Of a stretch of DNA of 64,000 nt, positions 18,958 through 30,959 are shown in pieces. The notes under the pieces were generated by a model that saw only the letters and a list, made by a program, of their open reading frames with translations, made no database searches and was not told the origin of the DNA. Every line of letters starts with the position of its first letter. The stretch's first letter is position 1. Origin of the DNA: Naegleria gruberi (taxonomy: Eukaryota); the NCBI GenBank assembly GCA_000004985.1, contig GG738857.1, one strand, 5' to 3'. A program made the position numbers and the translations under genes.

Positions 18958-21900
18958 TTAATTTTGTTTGAGTTTTCTATTTTCCTCTTCTAATACTTTA
19001 ATTCTTTCTAATAGGTTGGTATTTTCCTCTACAAGTTGAGAGTAGCTCCTTAATGGTGAGATTTTCTTCAATTCTCCAACTTGTTTTTCAATATTGAAAG
19101 TGATATCTTTGATTTCACCTTTCAAAAATTTCAAAATATTCTTAATTGTTAACTTGTGAGAATAACAATTCAATCTTTTTGATGAATCTCTTTGAATCAT
19201 GCTAATAATGCTTCTAATCAATATGTTATTCACTCCTAAATCTGCATTAATCGTTTCATTGATTAGTTTTTCAATTGCATAATGTAATTTCATTTCTCCC
19301 TCTGTTGTTGTCACAACTGTATAGAAATATTTTCCATGTCCACTAAAATATGGATACTTGTCATTATATTTAGAGACATCTGGATCATTAACAAATCTTT
19401 CACACAATTGCAAAGGACAATTGGTTAATAATTTCAACAAAATGCATCCCAATGAAAATATATCACATGAAATGGTAATTTGTCCAACATTGTGAGCAAG
19501 TTTTTCATTGTCATCACTTTTCAATAAATCATCAGAATAATTATCATGTGAAACTTCAGGAGACATGTATGCAAACTTTCCACGAGCAATTGTAATTGAA
19601 TTACCTGTCTTGATAACTCTTGATGTTTCAAAATCAATAATTTTGTAATGATCTTGAACTTTGACAATATTTTGAGGATCTAAATCTCTGTGTAAAATAT
19701 TGTGATCATGAATTGATTGAACAGAGTTCAATACTTTGATAAATATTTCAAGAATTTCAATCAACTTTTCCTTATTAATGAATCCATTTCTATAAATTCC
19801 ATCTTGATTATTTCTTGAAATATAATTTGATAATGATTCCTCTCCAAGTTCCATCACTGAATATAAATGATTTTGAATAATTTCACAATCAAAACATTTG
19901 ATCTTTCCTTCAATGTCTGTTCTGTTCAATAAATTAATGGTTTCTTTTGTTGATTCTTCAGATTCCTCTGGATTATATTTTAATTTTAATGCCCTTAATG
20001 ATTTACTACTTTTGTGAAATACTTTGAATGCAACACCTTCACCTCCATATCCTAATACTGAAATGAAATCATAATTATATTTGAAATAATTATAGAAATA
20101 ATTGAGAGCTTTGAATACTTTTGATAAATCTCCTCTCAGCTCATTATATTTACAAATTATTTGTTTGTAATTATCAAATGTTTTCTCATTTTCAAACCAC
20201 TTGTTGGCAAAAATCATAATTTCATTAATTTCCTGTTTTGTATAAAATGACGTTTCAAAGTTTGTTGCAACTTGTTCCACAATATTCTTCAAATCTTTCA
20301 TTCTTGTTGATTGAGAAGGATTATCTTCAAGAAATTTATCCAATCTGAAACAAAATAAATAATAGTTAGCTTTGGTGCTTTGTAAATCAATTAGAGCAAT
20401 AATATCATTAGACAATTCTGAATGGTTCATTCGTTTCAATATTTGAAAAATAATCAATTTTTCAACAAATATTGGTGTGTAGATAGGATTAAAATTGAAT
20501 ATTGTACTTTTTGGTGTTGGATTAAAGAGACTTGTTAATTCAATAGCATAATATAAATCTTTTTCATCCATAAATATTTTGGAGTATTGTTCAATTATAT
20601 TGCTTGACAGCTTTTTCTGAATATTTAAGCATTCTTCAATGGTTTTGGATATAGAAGGTGAGAACTTTCTTGCATTTTCTTTGTTCAATTTAAATAGCAA
20701 ATAAATAAATTCTCTATCTTTTTTAAATGATGAATCAGCGTATTCAAGTGCTCGTACATTTTGTTTAACAGCTTCCAATACAATTTCTCTATCTTTTTTC
20801 AATAATGAATCAGCATATTTAAGTGCATATCCATCTTGTTTGACAGTTTCCAATATAAATTCTCTATCTTTTTTAAATGATGAATCAGCGTATTCAAGTG
20901 CTCGTACATTTTGTTTAACAGCTTCCAATACAATTTCTCTATCTTTTTTCAATAATGAATCAGCATATTCAAGTGTCAATCCATTTTGTTTAACAGTTTC
21001 CAATATAATTTCTCTATCTTTTTTAAATGATGAATCAGCATATTCAAGTGCCAATCCATTTTGTTTAACAGCTTCCAATATAATTTCTCTATCTTTTTTC
21101 AATAATGAATCAGCATATTCAAGTGCCAATCCATTTTGTTTGACAGCTTCCAATATAAATTCTCTATCTTTTTTAAATGATGAATCAGCATATTGAAGTG
21201 CTCGTACATTTTGTTTAACAGCTTCCAATATAATTTCTCTATCTTTTTTCAATGATGAATCAGCATATTGAAGTGCTCGTCCATTTTGTTTAACAGCTTC
21301 CAATATAAATTCTCTATCTTTTAGAAATGATGAATCAGCATATTTAAGTGCATACCCATCTTGTTTAACAGCTTCCAATATAAATTCTCTATCTTTTTTA
21401 AATGATGAATCAGCATATTTAAGTGCATATTCATTTTGTTTAACAGATTCCAATATAATTTCTCTATCTTTTTTAAATGATGAATCAGCATATTTAAGTG
21501 CCAATCCATTTTGTTTAACAGCTTCCAATATAATTTCTCTATCTTTTTTCAATATTGAATCAGCGTATTCAAGTGCCCACCCATTTTGTTTAACAGCTTC
21601 CAATATAAATTCTCTATCTTTTTTAAATGATGAATCAGCATATTGAAGTGCCAATCCATTTTGTTTAACAGCTTCCAATATAATTTCTCTATCTTTTTTA
21701 AATGATGAATCAGCATATTCAAGTGCCAATCCATGTTGTTTAACAGCTTCCAATACAATTTCTCTATCTTTTTTAAATGATGAATCAGCGTATTCAAGTG
21801 CATATCCATTTTGTTTAACAGCTTCCAATATAATTTCTCTATCTTTTTTCAATAATGAATCAGCGTATTCAAGTGCTGGTCCATAGCGTTTAACAGCTTC

Positions 21901-22533
21901 CAATACAATTTCTCTATCTTTTTTAAATGATGAATCAGCATATTGAAGTGCCCACCCATTTTGTTTAACAGCTTCCAATACAATTTCTCTATCCTTTTTA
22001 AATGATGAATCAGCATCTTCAAGTGCCGATCCATTTTGTTTAACAGCTTCCAATATAATTTCTCTATCTTTTTTAAATGATGAATCAGCAAATTCAAGTG
22101 CCAATCCATTTTGTTTAACAGCTTCCAATATAATTTCTCTATCTTTTTTAAATGATGAATCAGCGTATTGAAGTGCCAATCCATAGTGTTTAACAGCTTC
22201 CAATATAATTTCTCTATCTTTTTTCAATAATGAATCAGCGTATTCAAGTGCTGGTCCATAGCGTTTAACAGCTTCCAATACAATTTCTCTATCTTTTTTA
22301 AATGATGAATCAGCATATTGAAGTGCCCACCCATTTTGTTTAACAGCTTCCAATACAATTTCTCTATCCTTTTTAAATGATGAATCAGCATCTTCAAGTG
22401 CCGATCCATCTTGTTTAACAGCTTCCAACACATATTTCCTATCGGCCTATTGTTGTGATCATGATCATCACATTTTATATAATAATTATTTCACCACACA
22501 GCAACAAATACCAACCCACTCGTTTATGTTCAT
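18958..22533 (-). CDS. Copy B (intact) of the DUF4116-like repeat / atypical protein kinase / coiled-coil gene. Main exon 18958..22456 (~1166 aa), plus a proposed 18-nt 5' exon at 22516..22533.
   Basis: A single 3.5 kb ORF carries ~23 repeats of (E)AVKQNGxALEYADSSFKKDREIILE and a helical linker. The kinase domain has glycine loop LGYGGEGVAF, beta3 RALKLK, HRDLDPQN, DFETSR, YMSPE and DIFSLGCIL. The C-terminus LVEENTNLLERIKVLEEENRKLKQN is a coiled coil. A TAG stop sits immediately upstream in the repeat frame, and there is no in-frame ATG in 1.7 kb of repeats. A conserved ATG at 22533 is proposed to splice in across a 59-nt intron (GTTGGT...caacaatag). Confidence 0.75.
20690..22456 (-). repeat. 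Tandem 75-bp coding repeat array (~23 units, DUF4116-like), copy B.
   Basis: A perfect 75-bp periodicity, with mostly synonymous variation and a few replacement changes (N/D/H/Y, L/W/R, E/Q/K) between units. Both the repeat frame and the +1 frame of the same strand are open over long stretches. Confidence 0.85.
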
Positions 22534-24106
22534 TTTTTTTAAAGCTGTTCTCGCCCATCACATTCCGAATCAACTATCAAGATTTTTACACCAAGATTCA
22601 AAGAGATAAAACTTTGTGAAAAATGTATTCTCTTGATTTATTTTGAAATATTTATAAATTAGAACTAGTAAGTTAAGGGAAGTCATCAAAATTACACTTG
22701 GAGTAGGATGGTTTGAAAACGTCGAACATGAGGGTTGTTGAGAAAAATTAAAAAAGGAAATAATTAATAATATTAATAAATAATATAATTACAAAATAAA
22801 ATAATTAATAATACTACTAATTCAAAGTCAGGAAATTGATTGTTTGTTCAGGTAGATTTTCGATGAAACGACCGAAATTTTGGTTGTTGCTCCCAATACA
22901 GCACCTAGATGGCTGTGAGATTGGATGAAATTGTAGGTGGAGAACCTACCCTCAACTTTAACCTTTGGGAATTTGGGTAGGAACTCAGTAAGAGGAGAAC
23001 TTTCTGTAATTTCACAATGCACTCAGTTGTATTGTGTTACATGCTGTTCAACATTTACTGCTTTCATCTCGGTAAGCAGCATTCTCTGTCAATCATTAAA
23101 AACATACGATTTTCAAACATCTATTTTAGTAAGATTTCCTAATTGAAAATGCAAAACATACCAACATTAAAGCTAAATTATTGGATAAGGTGAACATTGT
23201 AATAATTCTGTTTAGCCAACAAGAACTTGGAACAATATTGGATCAACATCAGGTACATCACGACTCTGTTGATTCTTGGAGTGATTTCACATCTATTAAC
23301 TCCAAGAATTTCACCACATCATCTCATCATGATTTAAATAATAGCAATAATAGTAATTTTTGGAATTTAATCCTTCATCATGATTTGGAAATAATTTTAT
23401 TATTTGGAAAAATTCAAGTTGGTACATCATCATCGGAACAACTACCAACCATCATCATTGTTATTTATCATCATTATAATAGTAATATTTGTGGAAATAA
23501 ATCTGATAATAGTAATATTTTAGTGAAATTCAATATTTTCACTAAAATCATCATCACAGATTTATATATGATAATTTGGAAAATTTTCAATCTAGTATTG
23601 TTCAGCATGGTCAATTCCATCAGGTAAAATCACTTCCGAACATTTCCCTATTGGTTATCATGTATCTCAACATAATAAACAATATATTTATTATCAGATT
23701 TTCATAGTTTTGTGTTTTTACCAACTTCGGGGTATTCATGGTCACCAATCATGATTCATGCCAAAAGAACATAGCCAATCATCTTGAAACATTAATAAAC
23801 TTTTATTAGTACTATTGTAGATGTACTATATCAATTATTTCGTCTTGTTTCGTTGAAATCATGATTTTTCTGTTTTTAATTTCACATCACATACACCATA
23901 TTTGTTGATGTAAATTAGAAATGTAAATAATCCATTCTTGATTCTCTAATCGTGTTTTATTGTGTTTTGGTGTATTTAGGATTTTGAAATTATTCTGAAG
24001 TTATTCTTCATATAAATATGATTCTTCACTTCATGATATGAGGAGGGATTGATATCATGATTGTTTGGAAGTGTTGTACAAATTTTGGACACAACCTGAA
24101 TTGAAA

Positions 24107-24971
24107 TCAGGAAGAAAGAGTCAAATCTTTATCACCATATAAAATAAGATCAATGGTTGTTTCCTCAAACATTGTGCTTCTTTGAAGAATTGAAATATCG
24201 CCATCAATTCTTTCACGTTGATTGATGAATCTATTTCGAACTTGCCTACGACGATAGTTTTTGAGGAGTGGATTGCAAATCCTTCCAGAGAGGCATCTGA
24301 ATTGATTATTATTGACTCTGGAGCGTCGAGCTCTAACCAAGAGCCTTCGGATTATTGGATAATTTTTCGTTATACCCTCAGATCTTTGGCAGGGCCTCGA
24401 TTCACTAGTATAGTTGAATTCCATCCTTTTGAATCTTGTAAACAAGAAAGGAAGTTCACAAAGGAAACAACACACTGTATCATCTCCATCTCATCCTAAA
24501 TAAAGAGTGGACACACCACTTCCTCCCAAAAACTGTTGCGCTCATTAATCTTTGGTAAGGGATTAATTTCTGAGTGAGGTTTTTCATCAATGTTTTTTTC
24601 TTATCCATGTTTTGAAGATCCAACTATTGATAACTTTTTTTTTACATCCTTCAAAGCAGGTTCCAGGCTGTTTCACCATTAAGGTGGTTCAGCCCCCGAG
24701 CTTTAATACCCAATTGTCTAAATATTATATGAACTGTATTTTGTGCGTTTACTATCGAAACATGCCATCGTTTATCTTTCCAAGATAAACCTGTATTCGT
24801 CTTTGGGACAACGTTGATAGGATTTAAAGAATAGGTTATAATTTGGTTTTGTAACATAGAGTCTATCTCTCTCCTTATCCATGTTTTCTCTTTCTGAGAG
24901 AACTTCTGTAGCCGTAAAGATGTTTCCTCTGTCTTTCCAGGAAAGAGTATCGCTGAAAAATGTTGATTCAT
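24107..24971 (-). mobile_element. Degenerate reverse-transcriptase fragment of a retrotransposon, with multiple frame breaks.
   Basis: ORF 24651..24971(-) contains ...QNQIITYSLNPINVVPKTNTGLSWKDKRWHVSIVNAQNT, the RT domain 1-2 signature (pS.Sp...PvvlVpKkdG.wR.cvDyR.LN). ORF 24107..24475(-) contains FNYTSESRPCQ...(F.Y..PFG-like) then DLILYGDKDL (YxDD-like), in the correct N-to-C order but in different frames. Confidence 0.4.
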
Positions 24972-26279
24972 CCTTATTTGAGTTGTTTTATTACCATAAT
25001 GGCAAAGGTTACTGTATGTGAAGAATCCACCTTAATTTGTAATTTTTTGTTCTGAAGCAGCAAACCAATGACGGAAAATAATATTAGGAAAAGACATCAT
25101 GTTTACTATTTTATTTGATGAAATCAAGTGGAGAATACATAAAACAGATGTTGCTACAAGAAAACACAATGTTAATAATAAAAATATAATTAATTATTGA
25201 AATAATTCAAGGAACTGGCTTTCCATCATGCATAATCTTTACGTAATTGCTCAGCAAAGAGCTTGGAAATTGTTTCACCAATCTTTCCCTTTTCTTGATT
25301 GATATATCTCAACAATAATTCAAGGTGGAAAATCAGCAAGATTTCCAACCTTGAAATTTACCTTGTTGGAAAATTTACCATTAGTGAATTTTATTTATGG
25401 TGCAATGATGATGACCATTAAGATATTTTCCTTAATGATCGGAAGTGAACTTGTTGATGATATTGATGATAAAAGATATGATGAAGCGAAAATTCCACAA
25501 CTCGATGAATACTAAGTGGAAAAATTCCAACTCTCTTGATGGTGATATTAGACATCCCTACTAATGATACTATGTTGTTGAAATTGATGATGATTCACCA
25601 ACTTGAATTTGTCCAATATCAAAATTACTATCTAATTCCATAACGATAAACTTCCACATAAAACTACTATTATTACTATTATATTGATGATGTATAGATG
25701 ATGAGGTTCCATTCTTGGAGTGGGAAGTTGAAGAACCACTCCGAAAATAAGCTACTCATAAAATTGATATTTTTTTTTGAATGCAAGATACGTCTTGGTT
25801 GAGTTTACTATTCTTTCGATGTCTTTGAGGCTCAAAACTGTGCAATTGGCTTCAGACTCAATATTAAGGAAGTATTGCTTCCATTTTTATTTTGCTTACT
25901 GGATTTTCCAGGAAAGATTTCTCTTAATATTGATAGACGTGGTACTGATAATTTTATAACTGTTAATGGTTTTGGTCCAAAATATGTCAGTAGTGGTACT
26001 GTTATTGCACGAGATAATTCTAAAGGTTATGAAATTTTTAATGCAAATAGAATTTATGATTTATTGTAAATACAAAATGAAGAAAATCAATAAAACTATT
26101 AAATAAATATTTTGTGAAATTGTTATGGCTGATGAAACACTTCTAGTAGTAGTACTTCCATATCTATTAATTGAATTGTTTACGGGAGGAAAAAAAAAAC
26201 TACTTTCATCAAAATTAACGCCTCCAGATGTGCATCCACAGCGCTGGCTATAACAAGAAAATGGACTTGTTGTACAATA

Positions 26280-26825
26280 CTACTCTTGTTGTGTAGAATA
26301 TTTTTGGAACTTTGGTTTGATAGTAATTGTCAAAGGATAATACTCATCAGGAATAGTAGAATTGTCTACCAATCCGAATCCGGTATGCATTATCGCAAAG
26401 AACTTTGAACATCCACAAATACTCTGAACAGCATCAGCATAAGGGTACAAACTGAAAGATGTACCAGGATTAATACATTGATTGTCTGTGTATCTGTAGC
26501 GAACACGATCTGCAAAGAAAATATTTTGAATATCTGTTCTAATTGAAGAATTTCCTCTGTAATAAGGTTTGTCAAGTGAAACATCAAAAGTATAAATTTT
26601 ACATCCTACTGATGAATCCACAAATTTTTTGACTCCATCAAGTTTTAAACTAAAAGGTGTAGTGTAACTTCTATTGGGAATAATAATAGTAATTGGGTTA
26701 TCACCAGAAATCTCTATTACAGAATCTGTTGGAAGATCTTTAACATTGATCAACACATTCGCACAACTCACACATACAAACAATAGCAAGAGCAATAAAA
26801 GAGTGTTAAGAAGACTTCTAGGCAT
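26280..26825 (-). CDS. Small secreted Cys-containing protein (181 aa), hypothetical.
   Basis: ATG at 26825. The N-terminus MPRSLLNTLLLLLLLFVCVSCANV is a signal peptide. The ORF is clean. It is flanked by retroelement debris on both sides, so it could be a host gene or element-derived. Confidence 0.4.
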   Translation of the reverse strand: MPRSLLNTLLLLLLLFVCVSCANVLINVKDLPTDSVIEISGDNPITIIIPNRSYTTPFSLKLDGVKKFVDSSVGCKIYTFDVSLDKPYYRGNSSIRTDIQNIFFADRVRYRYTDNQCINPGTSFSLYPYADAVQSICGCSKFFAIMHTGFGLVDNSTIPDEYYPLTITIKPKFQKYSTQQE

Positions 26826-27508
26826 TGTTTTCTTGTTTGTTGACTCATCTCAATTTGCCACCGCAACTAAATAGAATTGCAAAGAAGAAATGGGTGACCT
26901 TTCATGTCCACTTAAACAAAAAAGATCAATAAAAATGATCCCAAAACGATTATTATAACATATCAGGTAGTTAAATCCAAAGTGAAAGGACGTCCATACA
27001 GTCAAATGATCCACAAACATGTCAATCCCCATTGATTCTGTGTCACCCACATAAAATAATATTCGTAATTAATAATTTGTATATTTGGGTCTATTTGTCA
27101 GATATTTGAGTACCTCTTTTTGAGTTATTGTATTGTTGTCAAGCTTTGTAAATTCTCATGAAAGACTCAATGATAGTAGATGTTACTGAACTATATGCTG
27201 TGGTAATGTTTTTCGCAAATTCTTTAGATACAACCTGATTTTCTGGTTTTACAGTGTAGAGACTTAAATAATCTCCAATAAAACTACACCAAACACATTT
27301 TAATGTGAAATTCATAGGAGTTGTTCCCTCAAATATATATAGGAATTATCAGATGTATAACTTTCCGAATTTGAGTGATACCAAAATTGGTACCTTATCT
27401 ATCATAGGTTGGATCTACAGTACAATATCTAGATATTCCAACTAAATCTGGTTCAGATATCTGGACCATTCAAACATAATTTTTTTCTACATTGATTTAC
27501 AATTTTGA

Positions 27509-28520
27509 TTACACTGCGCTTGGTGCACCTCTTACTAAGAAACTCTTTCCTGGAACTTCCTCTGGTGGTAGTTTTTCCATTAGCTGGAATCTGATTCCGT
27601 TTTTTATCCAATCCACAATTATTTCTGAGACGACGAATTCTGTCCAACGTTGATGGAAATGAGAGAGTCTACCACCTAGAGGAACCTGCTTGTCACTGGT
27701 GGAGGAATTGGAGTTGTTAGAACCGGATCCATGGCTATTGAATTGTCTTCTTCCATTATAAGTGGTTGGTGTTTGCTCTATTGAAATGGTCCGAGTCGTA
27801 TGGGACGAAGTGGTTAGACCTTTGATTAAATCTTCTCTTTTGAAGGTTGCTACTACTTTTCTTTGTCTCTGGGTTTTAACCAAGGTATTAACAATTCCTT
27901 TGCAGTTTCAAAACCACCAGAACCGGTTCACCCAATTTAATGGCAATACAATTTAAGTCAGCAATATTCTGGATGAATTCAATAGCTTGAAGCCATTCAA
28001 CTAAATCAAAAGAGTTACCATTTCTCAATCTTTTACAAACTTGTACAATACTTCTAAATTCTTTTCCACCATAAACATCAGGAACAGGGGCGTCAACTTC
28101 TCTGAAGAGTATTTGTAGCAAAGCCATTCTATTCTTGTGTGAAGAGAGTCTGCTGAATATTGTGCATTAGAAGTTGACAATATCAAATCAAATATATCAT
28201 CTGAAGATAACTCGTCATTAATTGACTCTCCAGTGATTGATTGATAGCAATCACGTAGATATTCCTTCAATGAAATACCTTCAGAAACCTTCACCCTTTT
28301 ACCAGTACCGAAATTGTTGTTCGAATCAGATTGTTTAAGATTAAGAATTTAGCGAGAGCAGCACACCTGAAGATACAAGACCGGAATTTTGAGAGGTTTT
28401 CAGGGTTGGCGATACGGTCTTGGCTTTGTTGATATGTAGTGGTTGAATCACCATCAGCATCTGTTGTGTCGGTAGCAGAAGATGAATCAGATGTGCTGAA
28501 TACTTCCACTCTTTGTTTAG
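27509..28520 (-). mobile_element. Degenerate retrotransposon fragment (gag-like plus pol N-terminal region), directly abutting the pseudo-G-alpha copy.
   Basis: ORF 27509..27883(-) contains PLGGRLSHFHQRWTEFVVSEIIVDWIKNGIRFQL. This is the GGRL..F..W.........I..G...F block found upstream of RT in DIRS/Ngaro-type (and some LTR) elements. Upstream ORFs 27888..28127 and 28025..28294 are Cys/His-poor gag-like reading frames broken by stops. Confidence 0.4.
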
Positions 28521-28537
28521 TCGCCTATTAAGCATAT

Positions 28538-29030
28538 CGGAATATTCACTTCTGGAATTACAGAGTATGACATTAATTTTGATGACAAGAAAGTGACATT
28601 TGTAACTGCAGCTGGAAAAACAAGTGAAAGAAAAAAGTGGAAATGTTTCCGTTTTGGCAGAATTCAATCAAACAGGTTATGGAGATGAGAAGGTGAATAG
28701 AATGGATGAAAGTTTGAAACTTTACAAGGAATTGATGACTCGTGTTTCGAATAATGGTAATAATACAAGAGTTGTCTTACTGTTTACTAAACCAGATATA
28801 ATGATGAGGAAATTGAGGAGTTACATTGAATTTGGAAGATTATTCGAAACTGAAACACTTACTGATCTTTCACGAATTGTAAACGATTATCACGAAAGGG
28901 ATGTTCTCAATACAATTATATCGAGCTATTTGAATGCAATAAATAATATTTATGGGAAAATACCAGAATATCACATTATTCAGTCGATATCAGAATTGGA
29001 CATTTCACAACTCGCCAATGTTGAATAATG
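28538..29030 (+). pseudogene. Truncated pseudo-copy of the G-alpha-like gene, homologous to 18090..18726 and lacking the N-terminal GTP-binding half.
   Basis: Sequence from ttctggaattacagagtatgacattaattttgatgacaag onward is ~95% identical to 18090-18726. It has a ~35-bp internal deletion (aatttctgcttgcaaggaaatgtttccgttttggtttatgttgtttcgttggcagaattc becomes aaatgtttccgttttggcagaattc) and a divergent C-terminus. 3'-UTR homology continues to ~29190. Upstream of 28538 the homology is replaced by retroelement-derived sequence. Confidence 0.7.
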
Positions 29031-30806
29031 AGAAAAATAGACATTATATTTCTAATTGCTTGTAATTGCTTGTTTGAGAAAATATCGCTTGTGAGATGTT
29101 ATCAATTAGTGATGGCTCAACAATTGACCGATTTAACAATTAAGTGTAAATTATAAAGTTTAAGGATGAAGTAATAGTTTTCTGCAGAATAAATTGCATC
29201 CATATTGAGTAGGACTGTATGCATCATCTGCCTCTCAACTTTGTTCACAAAATAGTTCAAAGCTGATCAACTTGGGAAATTTCCAAATGCCACGCAAAAA
29301 GATTGGATTGTTATTCTCACAAGTTAACCATTAAAAGAGAAATCGAAATGATTTATTGAACCTTTCAAGTGAAATGAACAAACTGTTCAAATTTCAATGG
29401 CCCAGTTTGAAATCAATATATTTCGCATAGTTGTTTGTGGAACTTACATTTTGTGTGTTGGGAGTTTATTGTTTGAGTTTTCTTATTTCTTCTTCCAACA
29501 TTTTAATTCTTTCTAATAGGTTGCTATTTTCCATTGAAAGGTTGGTGTTTTCCTCTGCAAGTTTGTCAACATCCTCTAATAGGTTGGTATTTTCATCCGA
29601 AAGTTTATCAACTTCCTCTGCCAGTTGAGAGTAACTTCTTAATGGTGAGATTTTCTTCAATTCTGCAATTTCCTTTTCAATATTCAAAGTGATATCTTTG
29701 ATCTCACCTTTCAAGTATTTCAAAATATTCTCAATTGTTAACTTGTGAGAATAACAATCCAATCTTTTTGATGAATCTCTTTGAATCATGCTAATAATGC
29801 TTCTAATTAATATGTTATTCACTCCTAAATCTGGATTAATTGATTCATTGATTAGTTTTTCAATTGCATAATGTAATTTCATTTCTCCCTCTGTTGTTGT
29901 TATAACTGTATAGAAATATTTTCCATGACCACTAAAATATGGATAATTATCATTATATTTCGAGACATCTGAATCATTAACAAATCTTTCACACAATTGC
30001 AAAGGACAATTGGTCAATAATTTCAATAAAATACATCCCAATGAAAATATATCACACGAAATGGTAATTTGTCCAACATTGTGAGCAAGCTTTTCATTGT
30101 CATCACTTTTCAATAAATCATCAGAATAATTATCATGTGAAACTTCAGGAGACATGTATGCAAACTTTCCACGAGCAATTGTAATTGAATTACCTGTCTT
30201 GATAACTCTTGATGTTTCAAAATCAATAATTTTGTATAGATCTTGAACTTTGACAATATTTTGAGGATCTAAATCTCTGTGTAAAATATTGTGATCATGA
30301 ATTGATTGAACTGAGTTCAATACTTTGATAAATATATCAAGAATTTCAATCAACTTTTCCTTATTAATGAATCCATTTCTATAAATTCCATCTTGATTAT
30401 TTCTATAAATATAATTTGATAATGATTCCTCTCCAAGTTCCATCACTGTATACAAATGATTTTGAATAATTTCACAATCAAAACATTTGATCTTTCCTTC
30501 AATATCTGTTCTTTTCAATAAATTAATGGTTTCTTTTGTTGATTCTTCAGATTCCTCTGGATTATATTTTAATTTTAACGCCCTTAATGATTTACTACTT
30601 TTGTGAAATACTTTGAATGCAACACCTTCACCTCCATATCCTAATACTGAAATAAAATCATAATTATATTTGAAATAATTATAGAAATAATTGAGAGCCT
30701 TGAATACTTTTGATAAATCTCCTCTCAGCTCATTATATTTACACACTATTTGTTTGTAATTATCAAATGTTTTCTCATTTTCAAACCACTTGTTGGCAAA
30801 AATCAT

Positions 30807-30856
30807 NNNNNNNNNNNNNNNNNNNNNNNNNNNNNNNNNNNNNNNNNNNNNNNNNN
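30807..30856. other. Assembly gap (50 N) inside kinase copy C. By alignment to copy B it replaces ~350 bp.
   Basis: A run of exactly 50 n. Flanks align to copy B 20200-20221 and 20570-20600. Confidence 0.95.
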
Positions 30857-30959
30857 AGCCATAAATATTTTGGAGTATTTTTCAATTATATTGCTTGACA
30901 GTTTTGTCTGAATATTTAAGCATTCTTCAATGGTTTTGGATATAGAAGGTGAGAACTTT

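Noticed and set aside
20840-21196. Plus-strand ORF (118 aa, SLSFLNDESAYSSA... periodic) across the repeat array.
   Set aside because: Antisense reading of the 75-bp coding repeats, a low-complexity artefact.
21321-22433. Four minus-strand ORFs (MDWHLNMLIHHLKKIEKLYWKLLNK... periodic peptide) overlapping kinase copy B repeats, and the equivalents 31165..31575, 31612..32199 and 32215..32415 in copy C.
   Set aside because: They are the +1 frame of the 75-bp coding repeat, stop-free only because of unit composition, interrupted every ~100 codons, and lack amino-acid-level constraint between units. The AVKQNG frame is continuous for >1100 codons.
20690-22456. Considered whether the highly regular 75-bp repeat arrays could be CRISPR-like or satellite DNA.
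   Set aside because: There are no unique spacers. The units are contiguous, in frame, under protein-level constraint, and continuous with a kinase ORF. The context is eukaryotic.
23181-23627. Plus-strand 148-aa ORF in the 22.5-24 kb spacer.
   Set aside because: AT-rich, His/Asn/Ile low-complexity, no motif, no ATG context of note. Likely non-coding spacer between cassette B and retroelement debris.
28341-28667. Minus-strand 108-aa ORF and its twin 18007..18246.
   Set aside because: Antisense of the G-alpha coding sequence and its pseudo-copy, present in both only because the sense sequence is duplicated.
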